Positions 1-12,274 of a stretch of DNA of 64,000 bases are shown here, in pieces; position 1 is the first letter of the stretch, and the number at the start of each line of letters is the position of its first letter. Made by a program: the position numbers and the translations under genes. The notes beneath the pieces are model-generated. The model had not been told where the DNA came from, did no database searches, and saw nothing but the letters and a program-made list of their open reading frames with translations. The DNA is from Octopus sinensis (taxonomy: Eukaryota): contig NC_043017.1 of the NCBI RefSeq assembly GCF_006345805.1, positions 29,822,001 through 29,886,000 of the forward strand, in the 5' to 3' direction.

Positions 1-706
1 AGGAGGTTTTCGTGCTTATAGAATATTCTAGAGCAATAATCTATAAGTTTTTTTTAAATATTTTTATTTTACATCTGTTGTACGGAGCGCCGTTTTAGAA
101 AAACTATAAAAATCGGCGCCACATTTATAAGTGTGTAGGTCGCTGATCCTCCGCTGAAATGTATATTTGGAACAAAACTGCGATTAAGACGCATGAGTAT
201 TGCCGAATTTGAATTGTGGTTGATTTATTCTAAGATAAAAAAAAAATACTCATAATGCGATGTAAAATAATACAAGATGAAGAAAAGTCTGAAAACTATC
301 ACATCCATAATGGTTTCAACAACAATTTGATCGTTAGATACAGATAAAGTATATTTTCATACGAAATATATTTGCTGTATACCATCATTAAACTATGGGA
401 CATATATTTAAGTGGATGATATAACATTCTCATTGCTTCAAATGAGAATATAATTAATTACAATGAAACCGGAAATAAAGTAACTAAATTAATTAGCATT
501 GAGTTTGCCATCTAAGATGAAAAGGACCGGAAATGAATTAGTATTAAGAAGTTGAATGTGAAAATATTAAAATACTATTAATTCATTTGCGAATGATTTT
601 AGTAAACACAAGGAACTTTAAAATAGCTGATTTATTCTAATTTTTCCTGATCTACTTTGTGGAATATATCATTACCTAGTAATATTTATCTAAATGGGTA
701 AATAGG

Positions 707-748
<42 letters not shown>

Positions 749-754
749 GTATAT

Positions 755-957
755 AAGTTAATCCAAACATGAAAACACAAAGAGAAAACACAACAACGCG
801 AGGAGTGTGGAACAAATATAGTATTATTGGACACCCAGGAAGGAAGGGAAGAAGGAGGGTTTTACGTTTCGAGCGGAGCTCTTCATCAGAAACATAGATC
901 CAGAGGAGGGAAGACAGAGAGGAAAAAAATCGCCAACGGTACACACGAGGTCACATT
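755..957 (-). mobile_element. ~200 bp non-autonomous Penelope-LTR-like element (family 1) carrying a hammerhead motif
   Basis: Homologous to 11843-12031 and 42534-42721 in the opposite orientation; abuts a (TA)n tract; contains a CTGATGA...GAAACGT motif as in Penelope-like pseudo-LTRs. Confidence 0.75.
859..893 (-). ncRNA. Minimal type I hammerhead ribozyme motif (Penelope-like, dimer-dependent)
   Basis: Minus strand reads GTTT-CTGATGA-A-GAGC-TCC-GCTC-GAA-ACGT-A-AAAC: stem I GUUU/AAAC, intact CUGAUGA and GAAA core, stem II GAGC/GCUC, palindromic ACGU stem III, GUA cleavage triplet. Confidence 0.7.
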
Positions 958-1494
958 ATATGATAAATTAATTAAAAATACACAATACACATTATGTAGG
1001 GGGCATCACCACTCTTTATATAAATTTTGAAATGCAAATATGTGAATGAAAATTAAGTTCAGACCTCTACGTGGTAGCTACACCTGGTAGCAAGAGCTGT
1101 CAAATCTCCCTCAAAACACCCTACTGTCTTAATCCGACAATTCTGCCTATTATGTAGTTTTAATGAGAAATTCTAACTAAAGATTAAGATTGCAAAGAGG
1201 GGAAAAAAGAGAGAAAGCAAGCGAAAGATTTGGCTGACTGTCATCCTATAATCCCCTTGTTGCAAGCGAAATGCTATATACCGGCTGTGTGAGTAACTGG
1301 TTGTTTTAACGGCGGAACAAACAGGGGAATCCCATTACAAAATGTTTTAATCGATTGTCTCTGTAAGTATGGGGGTTAAGGAAAAAATACAAGCCGCATT
1401 CCAATCTATGCACCCGTCTCCACATGTGTGTCATTTTCACGCGAACCCATCTAACCGTTTGACTGTGAATCTCAAGACGATCAAGAATACAACG

Positions 1495-1526
<32 letters not shown>

Positions 1527-1668
1527 CTCTTTATTCTTTTACTTGTTTCAGTCATGTGAATGTGGCCATGCTGAAGCACCGCCTTTAGTCGAGCAAATCG
1601 ACCCCAGGACTTATTTTTATAAGCCTAGTACTTATTCTATCAGTCTCTTTTGCCGAGCCGCTAAGTTA
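1527..1668 (-). mobile_element. SINE family A, 3' part
   Basis: Matches the reverse complement of the 3' half of the full copy at 56742-57135 (...ggccatgctg...gtcgagcaaatcgaccccaggactta...). Confidence 0.85.
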
Positions 1669-2174
1669 TATATATATACATATATATATTATATATATAT
1701 ATATATATCATTACAGCAAAATCATATATATATATATGCATATATGTATGTGTGTAAATTCGAAACCCTAAAAGTATAATAAATATGTGCTTATTCATTC
1801 TTGTTTTTTTCAGGAAACAAACGCTCACACACGTACACACACACACACACAAACAAACACACATGTATACGAAAGCTGGTTCACTGAAAGGCGGAAACAT
1901 TACTGAGCCATCATACAGTATCTCGTTCTCAGTTTTGGGAGTAGATCGTCAAATGATAAGACATTCTATAGTACCAAATGCTTTTACTCCATATCAGTCG
2001 CTTTTACAGATATTATATCTCAGCATGAAGTTCTTCGCTACAACTAATTCTACCCTTTAGCTTGTAATAAATCAATAGAATACAAATCTAAATCCCATTT
2101 CCATGTCTCCCTAGTTTGTAGTACACCTGATATAACTCACATCAGTATCTGCATATGTGTATGTGTACCTATAT

Positions 2175-2230
<56 letters not shown>

Positions 2231-3474
2231 GTGTGTGTGTGTTTGTGTTATATATATACATATGTTTGTGTGTATATATATATATATGTTTGTGAATATA
2301 TGTAGTTATTATGTGTTATATATATGTATATACATATGCGTATATATATGTATGTATGTATTTATATATGTATAGATATGTTTATATATATATACATATG
2401 CGTGTATATATATATATATATAATATATATACATACATATAGATATACGTATATGATATCTGTCCATATATCAGCATACACATATGCAAATTTGCATGTG
2501 TATACTTTTGTCTGCTTACTGTTCGAAAAGGAAACAGAATCGATACATTTTCGATGACAAATATGAATATAAATGTGTAAGATATTTTGCGATATTATCG
2601 TGTAAAGTTTATACATTACGAGAGAGAGAGAGAGAGGAATGGAATAGAATGGAGATAGCATATCTATCAAAAATCAACTCCTGCTTCTACAACAACGACT
2701 ACTACTACTACTTGTACTACCATCAATATTCCTGATGTTTGCAACGATGGTGATGGTGGAGAGCTTGACGATTATGATGGCGTGGCTGATGCTAACTCAT
2801 CCTGTTATTATTTATTTGTGTGATGTACGTTGCTCGAGCGGGATTGTACACACCCGCTGGTCCAAGCATTCTAGCGTTACTAACATTACTACAGCTGCTG
2901 TTAATCTCATCTGGTTGTTATATATGAGATGTGAGCAAGGTCTGATGATCTTTGACGCAAGAACACTGCTTCTTCTCCCAATACTACCTCTGTCATGGAC
3001 GCCGAACTTGATGCCGGGAAGCTGGATGTGGATACTTTAACGTCAAATTCCTTTCTAAGCTGTCCTCTCTATCTTATGCTATTTCTTGGTTGTTACGTAA
3101 CGACTGAACGTTCATTTTCTCGTTAATTTCCTTATTTTACAAGAGACAGCTGAAACAGCTCACTTTCAGTATTTTCTGTATTAAATTCTGGCAGGAGAAA
3201 AATAAGGAAAAGAATTAATCTCTCAAGACACGAGGCCTAACTATTATTAAATATATTCTTGGATGTAACGTTTAAGCATTGTCATTCACAATGCGCTACA
3301 GGTGGGATCAAAGTCTAGTTTGTGGTAATACGGTAGGGTAAATAAATCATGTATTTATTTCAAATTTTCCAAGACTTACACCTCAGTTATGAAAAATGAA
3401 TTAGGTGTCGAATAAGTCCAGAAGGACCAGATTCCGTTACGAACCAAAGCTCACTATCTCATGCTATCTAATGT

Positions 3475-3600
3475 ATGTGGCTGTGAAGTAAGGATTTTGC
3501 TTTGTGGCACCCTGGGGAAGTGCATTCATCTACGAACCCGAGCCGACGAGAAACTTGTGAATTGATTTCGTAGAGGGAAACTGAAAGAAATCTGTCGTAT
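3475..3600 (+). mobile_element. SINE family A, degenerate 5' part
   Basis: gtggctgtg...gtggcaccctggggaagtgc...gagggaaactgaaagaaatctgtcgtat matches the head/core of other family A copies. Confidence 0.7.
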
Positions 3601-3616
3601 ATATATATATATATAT

Positions 3617-3999
3617 ACTAGCAGTATCGCCCGGCGTTGCTCAGGTTTGTAAGGGAAATAACTATAAAGCATTTTTAGAGAGTTATAGCCAAAAAATAGC
3701 AAAATAATGGAAAAAAATATGGTAAATTTTTTTTGATAGTTAAAAAAGGTGGAGTTGCGTCCCCTACACAGTTTGTGGTTTGTGTTCCTGATTCTCGACC
3801 CCATGTCGAATTTATCGATTTTTTTCAGAACTGGGGGAACTTTTCAAAATTTTCGCTGCGTTAGTTTTGAATTATGACATTAGGCTATGTGTGTGTCAAG
3901 TTTCATCAGAATCGGTTGAAAGCCGTGGTCAGGGTGAGGGTACAAGCAAACAGACACACAGAAACACGCACAGACAAACTGCCGTTTATATATAGAGAT
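3617..3999 (+). mobile_element. Non-autonomous Helitron/Helentron-like element
   Basis: Starts ACTAGCAGTATCGCCCGGCGTTGCTC with a short subterminal inverted repeat, ends acagacaaac...tttatatatagagat, sits in (TA)n. This architecture is typical of DINE-1/Lep1-like elements (family call from recall). Confidence 0.6.
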
Positions 4000-4737
4000 A
4001 TATATATATATATATACATACATACGTAAGATTATTTATATATATGCGTATGTGTGTACGTATGTATGTATGTGTATGCGTGCGTGTGTGGGAGGTGCGT
4101 GTCAATGTTTGTCCACTATCAGCACATGAGAACCGGTTTTAATGTGTTCACGTCCTCGTCACTTATTGGTTCTGCCATAAAGTTCAACAGACTAAGTACC
4201 AAGTTAAAAAGGAAAAAAACCTGCTGCGAATTTATTCAACTAAGATTGGCTACAGCATGACCACAGTCTAATGATTGAAACAACAAAAAATGAAGAAAAA
4301 ATGATTGATGCAAAGATGTTGTCTTCTGTTATAGACCACCACCAGTATCCTCGTGTTCGTCCAATTTTTCTACATGTTTTGTCTAAATTCTAGCAGACAC
4401 AGTTAATGATAACAGCCCACACCATACAGACTTATGGAGTAGGTTATCAGCAAAGCAAAATAAACTTCAACAAATAGATAATTATTTGATATATCAAATT
4501 TGAAATAATCAGAAGTGCTTCAATCTGCATTTATGGCCAAGCGTATTGCTCAGGATGTATAAAGACTTGGTTATTTCTATTACTCATCAACGAAGAAAGT
4601 ATGAATATAAGCATGAATTGTATCTTAAATGAGTTTGTGATTCACTTGAAGTTCTTGTGTGAATATATTTCTATTCATATACATGCAAACACATGCACAC
4701 AAACACAAATACCACACCCATGAGCTCACACATACAT

Positions 4738-4770
<33 letters not shown>

Positions 4771-5189
4771 CGTGTGTGTGCAACGCGGAGTAGATGAAAC
4801 AGAGGCGACTGAAGAAGGGGAATTTTCCTTGTGTTCTATGTCCTGTACTCTATTTGTTCGTTGTTTAAGAAAAATGTCCATTTCCTTGGTTTTGTGTTTA
4901 TGTTTTCGTTTCTCATTGTTTTCGACGTTTTTTTGGTGTCCTGTACCCATATATGCATATATGTATACATGTAGATGTAGGTACCTACATATATGTATGT
5001 ATATATGCATATGTTTTATTTATTAATTTGTTATATATATATACCTCTATTTATCTCTCTCCCGCTCTCAATATATATATATTTTCTTCGTACGTTAGTC
5101 ATTTGACTGCGGCCATGCTAGAGTACCGCCTTTTTTTTAACCGAAGTAATCGACACCAGGACTTATTTTTTACAAACCTAGTAAACCCA

Positions 5190-5312
5190 GCATCAAGTGT
5201 ATTGATATCGACAGGATACAGCAATATTCAGCCGGCTCCTCTAATTGCCAGATGGGCCTCTGAGAAAAAACGGTATATCGGTATCGCTCAATCTGACCAG
5301 CTCTATAACAAG
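5190..5312 (+). pseudogene. piggyBac-type transposase fragment
   Basis: Frame reads ASSVLISTGYSNIQPAPLIARWASEKKRYIGIAQSDQLYNK, resembling the PGBD segment '...RWS..EKK.I.IPQP....YN(K)' that precedes the third catalytic Asp (MGGVD) in piggyBac transposases (recall, not searched). Confidence 0.5.
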
Positions 5313-7639
5313 CTCTACTTCATCGAAGAGATCTAATAAGTTTAAAACTGGTGCCCCAGCCTGGCCACAGCTTGTGAGCTGAAACTAAATAATAATAATA
5401 ATAATAATAGCGGCACCATGGTGACTGCTAAACATTGATTAAATTAATAGTAGCATTCATCATAAAATGGAACATTGGTTGCAGGATCACTTAGTGACAA
5501 TTGATCCCTCTTCACGTCCATAAATTGCTGGACTTGTGCCAAAACTTGATACCCATATTGATATTCATCTCCTCAATACCTTTCGGTGTTGCTCCTAGAT
5601 TCCATTAATATTAACCACAGAATCCAATGCTCCCTTTAACCATCTTAATTCATTTCGTTAATTGCATCATATACACTTGCTAGCTACCTGAATTATATTA
5701 GGACACGCTAATTATTAATAAGATGACTATGTAGCAAAATCCTCACTGCTTGTAATTGTTGCTCACTGATTTTGAGGTTTTGATGTATATAAAACCTTAT
5801 GGGTCTTCGCATTGTGACCACGTCAATTTGGTTAGAGAATCATATAGAAGGAAATATTGTACATATATATTCAGAACAGGTTCTTGACAATGAAACCAGC
5901 ATTACTAAACCATTTACGAGTCTTGTATGTTGTTTCACGTCAATCATTAGATATAGTAACAGAATACATCTTATATCACAATCTACCATCTAAAGCAAAT
6001 ATACGTTGAACAATGTAATCTCCGAAATCCTCAACTCACATGTTGTTAAATGCTGGAACACCTTAGATAACAGGTCCATCCGATAAGGGTTGAATGATTA
6101 TTAAAATGTAACATGTACTGTGAGATTTTTATGGAACACCAGCTCTGTGTTATTGAGATAATCAGTTTCCTTTTATTATGCAGTTATATATAGAAGCCCT
6201 TTTGAAGGAAAATCACGGAATAGATTATCATTGTATGATCCCATCTATTGCTCTTTCGTTTGATTACTAGATAGAGTGACACAAAGTGCTGGTAAGCTCG
6301 CTCGCTTTTAAAGGTCACGTTAGATAATATGATTTTAGATGCACAATGTTTGAACGAATGAGAATGCGTGCAGTTGGGAAAACCTTCATCAAAAGTGACT
6401 TCTCTTTTTCATCAGTATAGACCTGAGGTTATAGAACAGCAACAAAAACACCAATAACGACAGTATACCCATCGGGTATACCAAACGGATGCAAAAGGAC
6501 AGGGTAGTGAGAGGAGAAATTTATGCAGGATTTTGCACTATGATTTTGTGTACACGGAATCACATCAGTTCTGGTGCCCTCGAGTCTCAACTATGCTTGA
6601 ATTTTAAATTAAATTGCACAAAATTAAAATATTTTTTTCTCCTTACCGAATCAATCCATCAAACGAAATAATTACAAATGGAATATTGAGTTCAATAAAT
6701 GATTCGTTACATCAACATTAATTCGAATAAATGAATTAATGGGAAGGAATACAACCAATTACATAAAATCCAATACATCTGTTATTTTTAAAAAAGATCC
6801 CGGATTGTAAAATGCAAACATCTCAACGGCGTGTTGTGAACGTATCTGTGTACCATAAACTCTCACAAGTTTATAACACTATCTATCTATCCGTCTGTCT
6901 AAATCTATCTATTTCTCTATCTATCTAACTATTTCTCTATATATCTATCTATATGTCAATCTATCTATCTATATGTCGATCTATCTATTTTTCTATATAT
7001 CTATCTATCTAGTTATCTATTTATCTATCTATCGGTTTGTCTGTCTGAATGTCTATCTACCTTCGTGTATGTGTCAGTAATTTTGAATGCTCAATTTTAA
7101 TTTTCATTTACGGTTACACACTAAGGGAAGAACACGGGATTTACTACATATTTTTGTGTGTGTATGAAGGGGCGGCATTTTGGGAGGGAGCAAATATTTA
7201 TGAATTAGTTCCGTATATGAGCTGGTTGGGGAGGGAGCGGTCTGCGCATATGTGATTCTGTTTGTGACTATTATGTATGTGTGTGTTTGTGTTAGGATCT
7301 GTGTTTGTTATTTCCAGTCGAATTATTTTAAACAGATTCTCTCACTTCCTACAGCAAAGACAAACTGGCACCTTCATTCTGCAACGTATCAATCGTCTTG
7401 ACAGTCACGAACCTTCCAAAGTAACGGACAAGCACGCTTCGACTCTGCTCCCGGATATACAATCTTTCATCCGTATTAACTCAAGTTAAAATTTATATGC
7501 AAACATCACACCCTGAATGAAACGAAGACGATGCAGCAAGGAGATTTGTATATATTCAACTGGCTAAAAATAGTAGCCAATTGCGTTAACACACTGATTT
7601 ACACACGCACACGCACACACACATATCTTTTATCACATT

Positions 7640-7823
7640 TGTTTTAGTCATTAGAATCTGGTGATGTTGGGGCACTACCCAGAAGAATTTTAGTGGAACT
7701 ATTCGACCATAGTAATTCTTTTCAAGCACTGATTCTTATTTAATCGGGCCCTTTTGTCGGAGGGCTAAGTTACGGATGATGTAAAAGCACCACCTTCGGT
7801 TATCAAGCTGTAGTGAAAAACAA

Positions 7824-7874
<51 letters not shown>

Positions 7875-8040
7875 TGCATATACGATGGGCTTATTTTATT
7901 TTATGTCAACCAAATCCACCCACAAGGCTTTGGTGGGCTCAAGGCTGTAGTAGAACACACTTGCCCAATGCACCATGCGGTGGGACTGAATCCGAAAAAA
8001 TCTAGTTGCAAAGCAAGCTTCTTAATACAGCCACATCTGC
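7640..8040 (-). mobile_element. SINE family A, degenerate near-full copy
   Basis: Collinear with 18370-18765 including the internal (CA)(TA) tract. Confidence 0.75.
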
Positions 8041-8367
8041 GCTTATAAGTATTATATACAAATATATCAGGAAGTTGTAGTTTATCTCTTGCAAAATCTA
8101 AAGCCTACACAGACTCTACTTAACTCCACTAAGAAAGGCAATGAATCAGTCATTAATAATGTATATGTTTTCTTCACACCAGTTGCCGTACCACCCACTG
8201 ATAAATATATCTACAATTAGGTGGAGTAGATTAGGCCGTTGACATTAAAGTGCCTTAATTTGCATCAATGAAATCTTTCAGCTGGTAATCTAGAATACTT
8301 ATCCGCTCGGCAATATGCATCGCTCAGAAATAGCAGCGTAGGATAAAAAATTAAAAAAACTATGCAT

Positions 8368-8530
8368 ATGTAGGCGTAGCAGTGGCTGCGTGGTAAGTAC
8401 TTTGCTTGTACACAATATTTTTCCCTGTTCAGTCCTGCTTCGTAGATTAATAAAATGTATTCTTTTATAGTTCTGGGCCCAGCAAAGCATTGTGAGTGGA
8501 TACTGTAGACGGGAGGTGAATAACGCCAGT
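8368..8530 (+). mobile_element. SINE family A, degenerate 5' part
   Basis: ggcgtagcagtggctgcgtggtaag...gcattgtgagtggatactgtagacgg matches the family A head. Confidence 0.7.
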
Positions 8531-8550
8531 CATATATGCATGTCATTTAA

Positions 8551-8756
8551 GGTGGCGAGTTGGCAGAAACGTTAACACGCCGGGCGAAATGCTTAGCAGT
8601 ATTTCGTCAGCTGTTACGTTCTGATTTCAAACTCCGGCGAGGTCGATTTGCCTTTCATCCTTTCGGGTTCCATAAATTAAGTACCAGTTACGTACTGGTG
8701 TCGATCTAATCGACTGGTGCCCTCCCCAAAAATTCCGGGCCTTGTGCCTAGAGTAG
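8551..8756 (+). mobile_element. SINE family B (tRNA-like head, Meta-domain-like core)
   Basis: ggtggcgagttggcagaaacgttaacacgccgggcgaaatg...gcctttcatcctttcggg...aagtaccag matches copies at 45573, 46810, 52561, 58135. Confidence 0.85.
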
Positions 8757-9122
8757 TAAACGATATATACATGTCATTTAGCAGCTCTGTGTTGAGGGTG
8801 ATAAAAATACTAGATTTTAATAATAACAGGAAAACTGGTTCTATTTGTTCTCGTAAGCCATTCCAGGCGGTGACCTACAGTCTCCGCAGTCTAATGAATG
8901 AAACAAGCACATATAAGAGACATCGCCCTGCGGTAACACAGTTTATTTCGCAGTCTTGTTATGCAGGTTTCGATCCCACTGTGTGATATATCCTGAGGAT
9001 TTATGCTACCAACAAAAGCTCCTTCCAACTAACACATACTTTAGTCGCAGCTTCGTAGTTGCGAAGCGTCCGCTGCCTTGTCATATATGCATATTCTCTT
9101 TCACAAGCACATAAAAACGTGT

Positions 9123-9160
<38 letters not shown>

Positions 9161-10942
9161 CCACCCACACACACACACACAGAAATACACACACAGCCCC
9201 CTCCCCATAAATATACGCATATATGTAAGTGAGTTATTGTAACACGATGTTTTCCACGTATGTAGATAAATATTATCGTAACAGTACATCAACTGAGTCT
9301 CAACCGCTCATTACTACATATTCCCGTTGGCCGTTTTTCAAACATCGATTCAGTTTTCCACTCATAATTCTGTTTAAAATGAGAATATTGCATGCATTTT
9401 TCTGTGTATGTAACAAATAGTTGTTATGGGAAAAAACGGCGTTCTGGCAGCAGCATCTATACGAAGGAGAAAATGCTGAGCGGTTTTAGTCAACATTTAC
9501 GCTTTGAGTGTCATTTCCGCCGAGTTTGAGCTTACCTTTCATCCTAACGAGGTGTATAAAATAAATGCCATTTGAGTCCCACCCCACAGTATTTCATGTT
9601 TTGTGCGTATAGTAGAAAATATAATTAGTCATGTACTTAATATTTAATCAATTAAGTAATTGTGTGCTTGAGTAATCGTTCAATCACTCAATCAATCGTC
9701 TAAGAATGTCGTTGTACTTGCGCCAACATTTGCAAACTCATAAATAAAATGCCCTCACTATTTCAGATTTGATTGAGGCCTACGAAATAACGTCGCATTT
9801 AGAAAATGTTCGCAAAATTCTGTGATATGTAATAACGGAACTCGTCTGTTTTTATATGCCGAGTACAAAATCGGCCGATGTTCACTTTGTCATTCATACA
9901 AGCGAGTCAATGAAATAAGAACAAGATAACGACTTGGATCTCTGTATTTGAGTAGAGAAGTAAAATGTTGGGCCGCGTGGAGAAAGGAATATAATTATCG
10001 GATATCAGAGTACTAGAATGATGTGAAAGCAGAGAGTTTTCGGCAGAGTTTGAGATTACACCGACTAGAGACAAAGGAAATAATATAAATTGTTTGGTTT
10101 AACCCTCCGACTATTATTTATGACGACCTCTTGTGTTAAAAGAAGAAAGTTGGTGTTAATATGTAAAGCAAAAACACTATTTTTCTACTGCCCACTTCAT
10201 ATGGTGAAACAAAATCACCATAATGAGCATAATATTGATGATGGTAATCATGATTGTTATGATGCTGATGATGTTAATGTGATAGTTATGGTGACCACGA
10301 CGACGAAGACGATAATGGTAAAGATGGTTATGAATTATTAAAATGGAGAGCGAATTACATTTAAAAACTGAAATAAATTTAAGCATTAAACATGGCGACG
10401 CCAATTCACTAAAATGTTCGCTAAAATAATTGACCATTTTCGCTGATCGCATTTCAAAACCCACGAGAGAAAGAATTTTGACTTTGCGTTATAATTCACT
10501 AAGTTTAGGCTTGTGGAAGACGTCTTCTACCGTGCACTATATAAATGAATATCATAACGCAGACAAATTTAAAACAATCTCTGAGGTATTTAAGTGTCAT
10601 GTTTGAAGGAAAAAGTCATCGCTTCAAAGATATATCTCCCCTATGCATATGTGCAATAAAATTGATACAAATGCACATAGCGCAGCTAATTGACTGCATA
10701 GATAAACACAAAAGCACAACGACATACACATACACACACATCTGTGCGCACATATGTGTGTGTATAAGCATGCATGGTTGCAATTTGTCAGAATACAGAA
10801 AGCTATACATTTTATACACCGGGTGTGTGCAAGACTACTTCATAACTTAATGTTCAATGGATATTTCATCCAGATAACATGAATCAGCAAGAATAATCCG
10901 GTCGTGCTTGTATAAATTGCGTGTGTGCATATATCAAAAGGA

Positions 10943-11812
10943 TGTGTGAAACGCTATTCCCCTTAAACAAATAGAGTCATACCACCATCATCAGCTGCCC
11001 GATGGATATCATTATAGTTTCGACACTTAGGCAGTACCATTCAATCCAGCGGTGTCAACAAACATACCAAAGAAGCCACAACTTTCAAACACATTTACCC
11101 TATACACAACACTATCGGTAAATAAATTCAGTAAGTAAATCTATAACCAACTACTAATTACGTAACTAAACAGTGACCAATCCTTTAAGTCATACAAAAA
11201 ATAATCCCTAGCTCCTTCCGTAGTATAATATAAAAGTAAATGCTTAATAACCACATTCTCCCAATCTAAATATACGCAGGATTAAACACTAAATTTAAAA
11301 CCAAACTACATCAAATACACACAAACATACATACATCTATATCGATATTAATAGTAAAACTGCAATAACTAAATCATATACACAATAGCGACCAATCTTT
11401 AAGTCCATACAAATAATAATCCCCCCGGTCTTCCATAGTTACTACTATAGTCAAATAGTGAAAAAGCTTTATATAATTCTCTCCAAAACAAAACAAACTG
11501 GGTTGAATTAAATTTGACGAATAATATAATAATTATGAGTGAAATACATTATTTCATAATTAAGATATATATATAATTATGGAATTTATTTATCGATGCG
11601 GTTGTATACTGGGTAAATGTGGTTGAAAGGTGTGATTTATTTGGCTTGGTTGTTCCCAAACAACACTTATTTTAGTGCTTTTGGCACCGCCGGATTGAAT
11701 GGTACTGGCCAGGTGCCGAAACCATAATGGTATCCGTCGGGCAGCTGATGATGGAGGAACGTTGGACTCTTGGTATAGTTGTGGAATAGTATTATAACAC
11801 ATTCATTAATAT
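10943..11812. repeat. Inverted duplication (arms ~10943-11130 and ~11581-11812)
   Basis: 75 nt core 10983-11057 is the reverse complement of 11682-11756 with 10 substitutions; homology extends to a shared AATAAA on each arm. Confidence 0.9.
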
Positions 11813-11842
11813 ATATATATATATATATATATATACTTTCAA

Positions 11843-12031
11843 AATGTGACCTCGTGTGTACCGTTGGCCATTTTTTACCTGTCTTCCCTTCTCTATGTTT
11901 CGAACGAAAAGCTCCGCTCGAAACGTTAAACCCTCCTTCTTCCCTTCTTTCCTGAGCGTCCAATAATACTATATTTGTTCCACGTCCTCGCGTTGTTGTG
12001 TTTTTTTGTGTTTTCTTGTTTGGATTAACTT
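11843..12031 (+). mobile_element. Penelope-LTR-like family 1 copy with mutated hammerhead core (11897-11931)
   Basis: Reverse-complement homologue of 755-957; motif GTTT-CGAACGA-A-AAGC-TCC-GCTC-GAA-ACGT-T-AAAC. Confidence 0.75.
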
Positions 12032-12037
12032 TATATA

Positions 12038-12079
<42 letters not shown>

Positions 12080-12274
12080 GCATCTATTTTCTATTTCACA
12101 CGTAGCGAAAGATAGATAAAAGTATTTGATAATGCTTTCGAATTCGATTAGGTTTCTCCTTCAAAGTTTTAAAGATTTAAAAGGTTTCACAGATTTCTCT
12201 GAGATAGAAAGACGTGGATCCATTCCACAACTATACACACACACAGTTCAAATTCATAGAAGAACAAAGACGAA

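Noticed and set aside
4394-4440. 45 nt AG/GT-bounded candidate exon (ADTVNDNSPHHTDLW); similar candidates near 7355-7420 and 38061-38170
   Set aside because: Splice signals are moderate, no recognisable protein, and such pseudo-exons are expected by chance.
11712-11756. GAAA-CCATAATGG-TA...CTGATGA arrangement resembling a type II hammerhead
   Set aside because: Stem III forms, but stem I cannot pair, stem II is at most 2 bp, and the paralogous arm breaks stem III.
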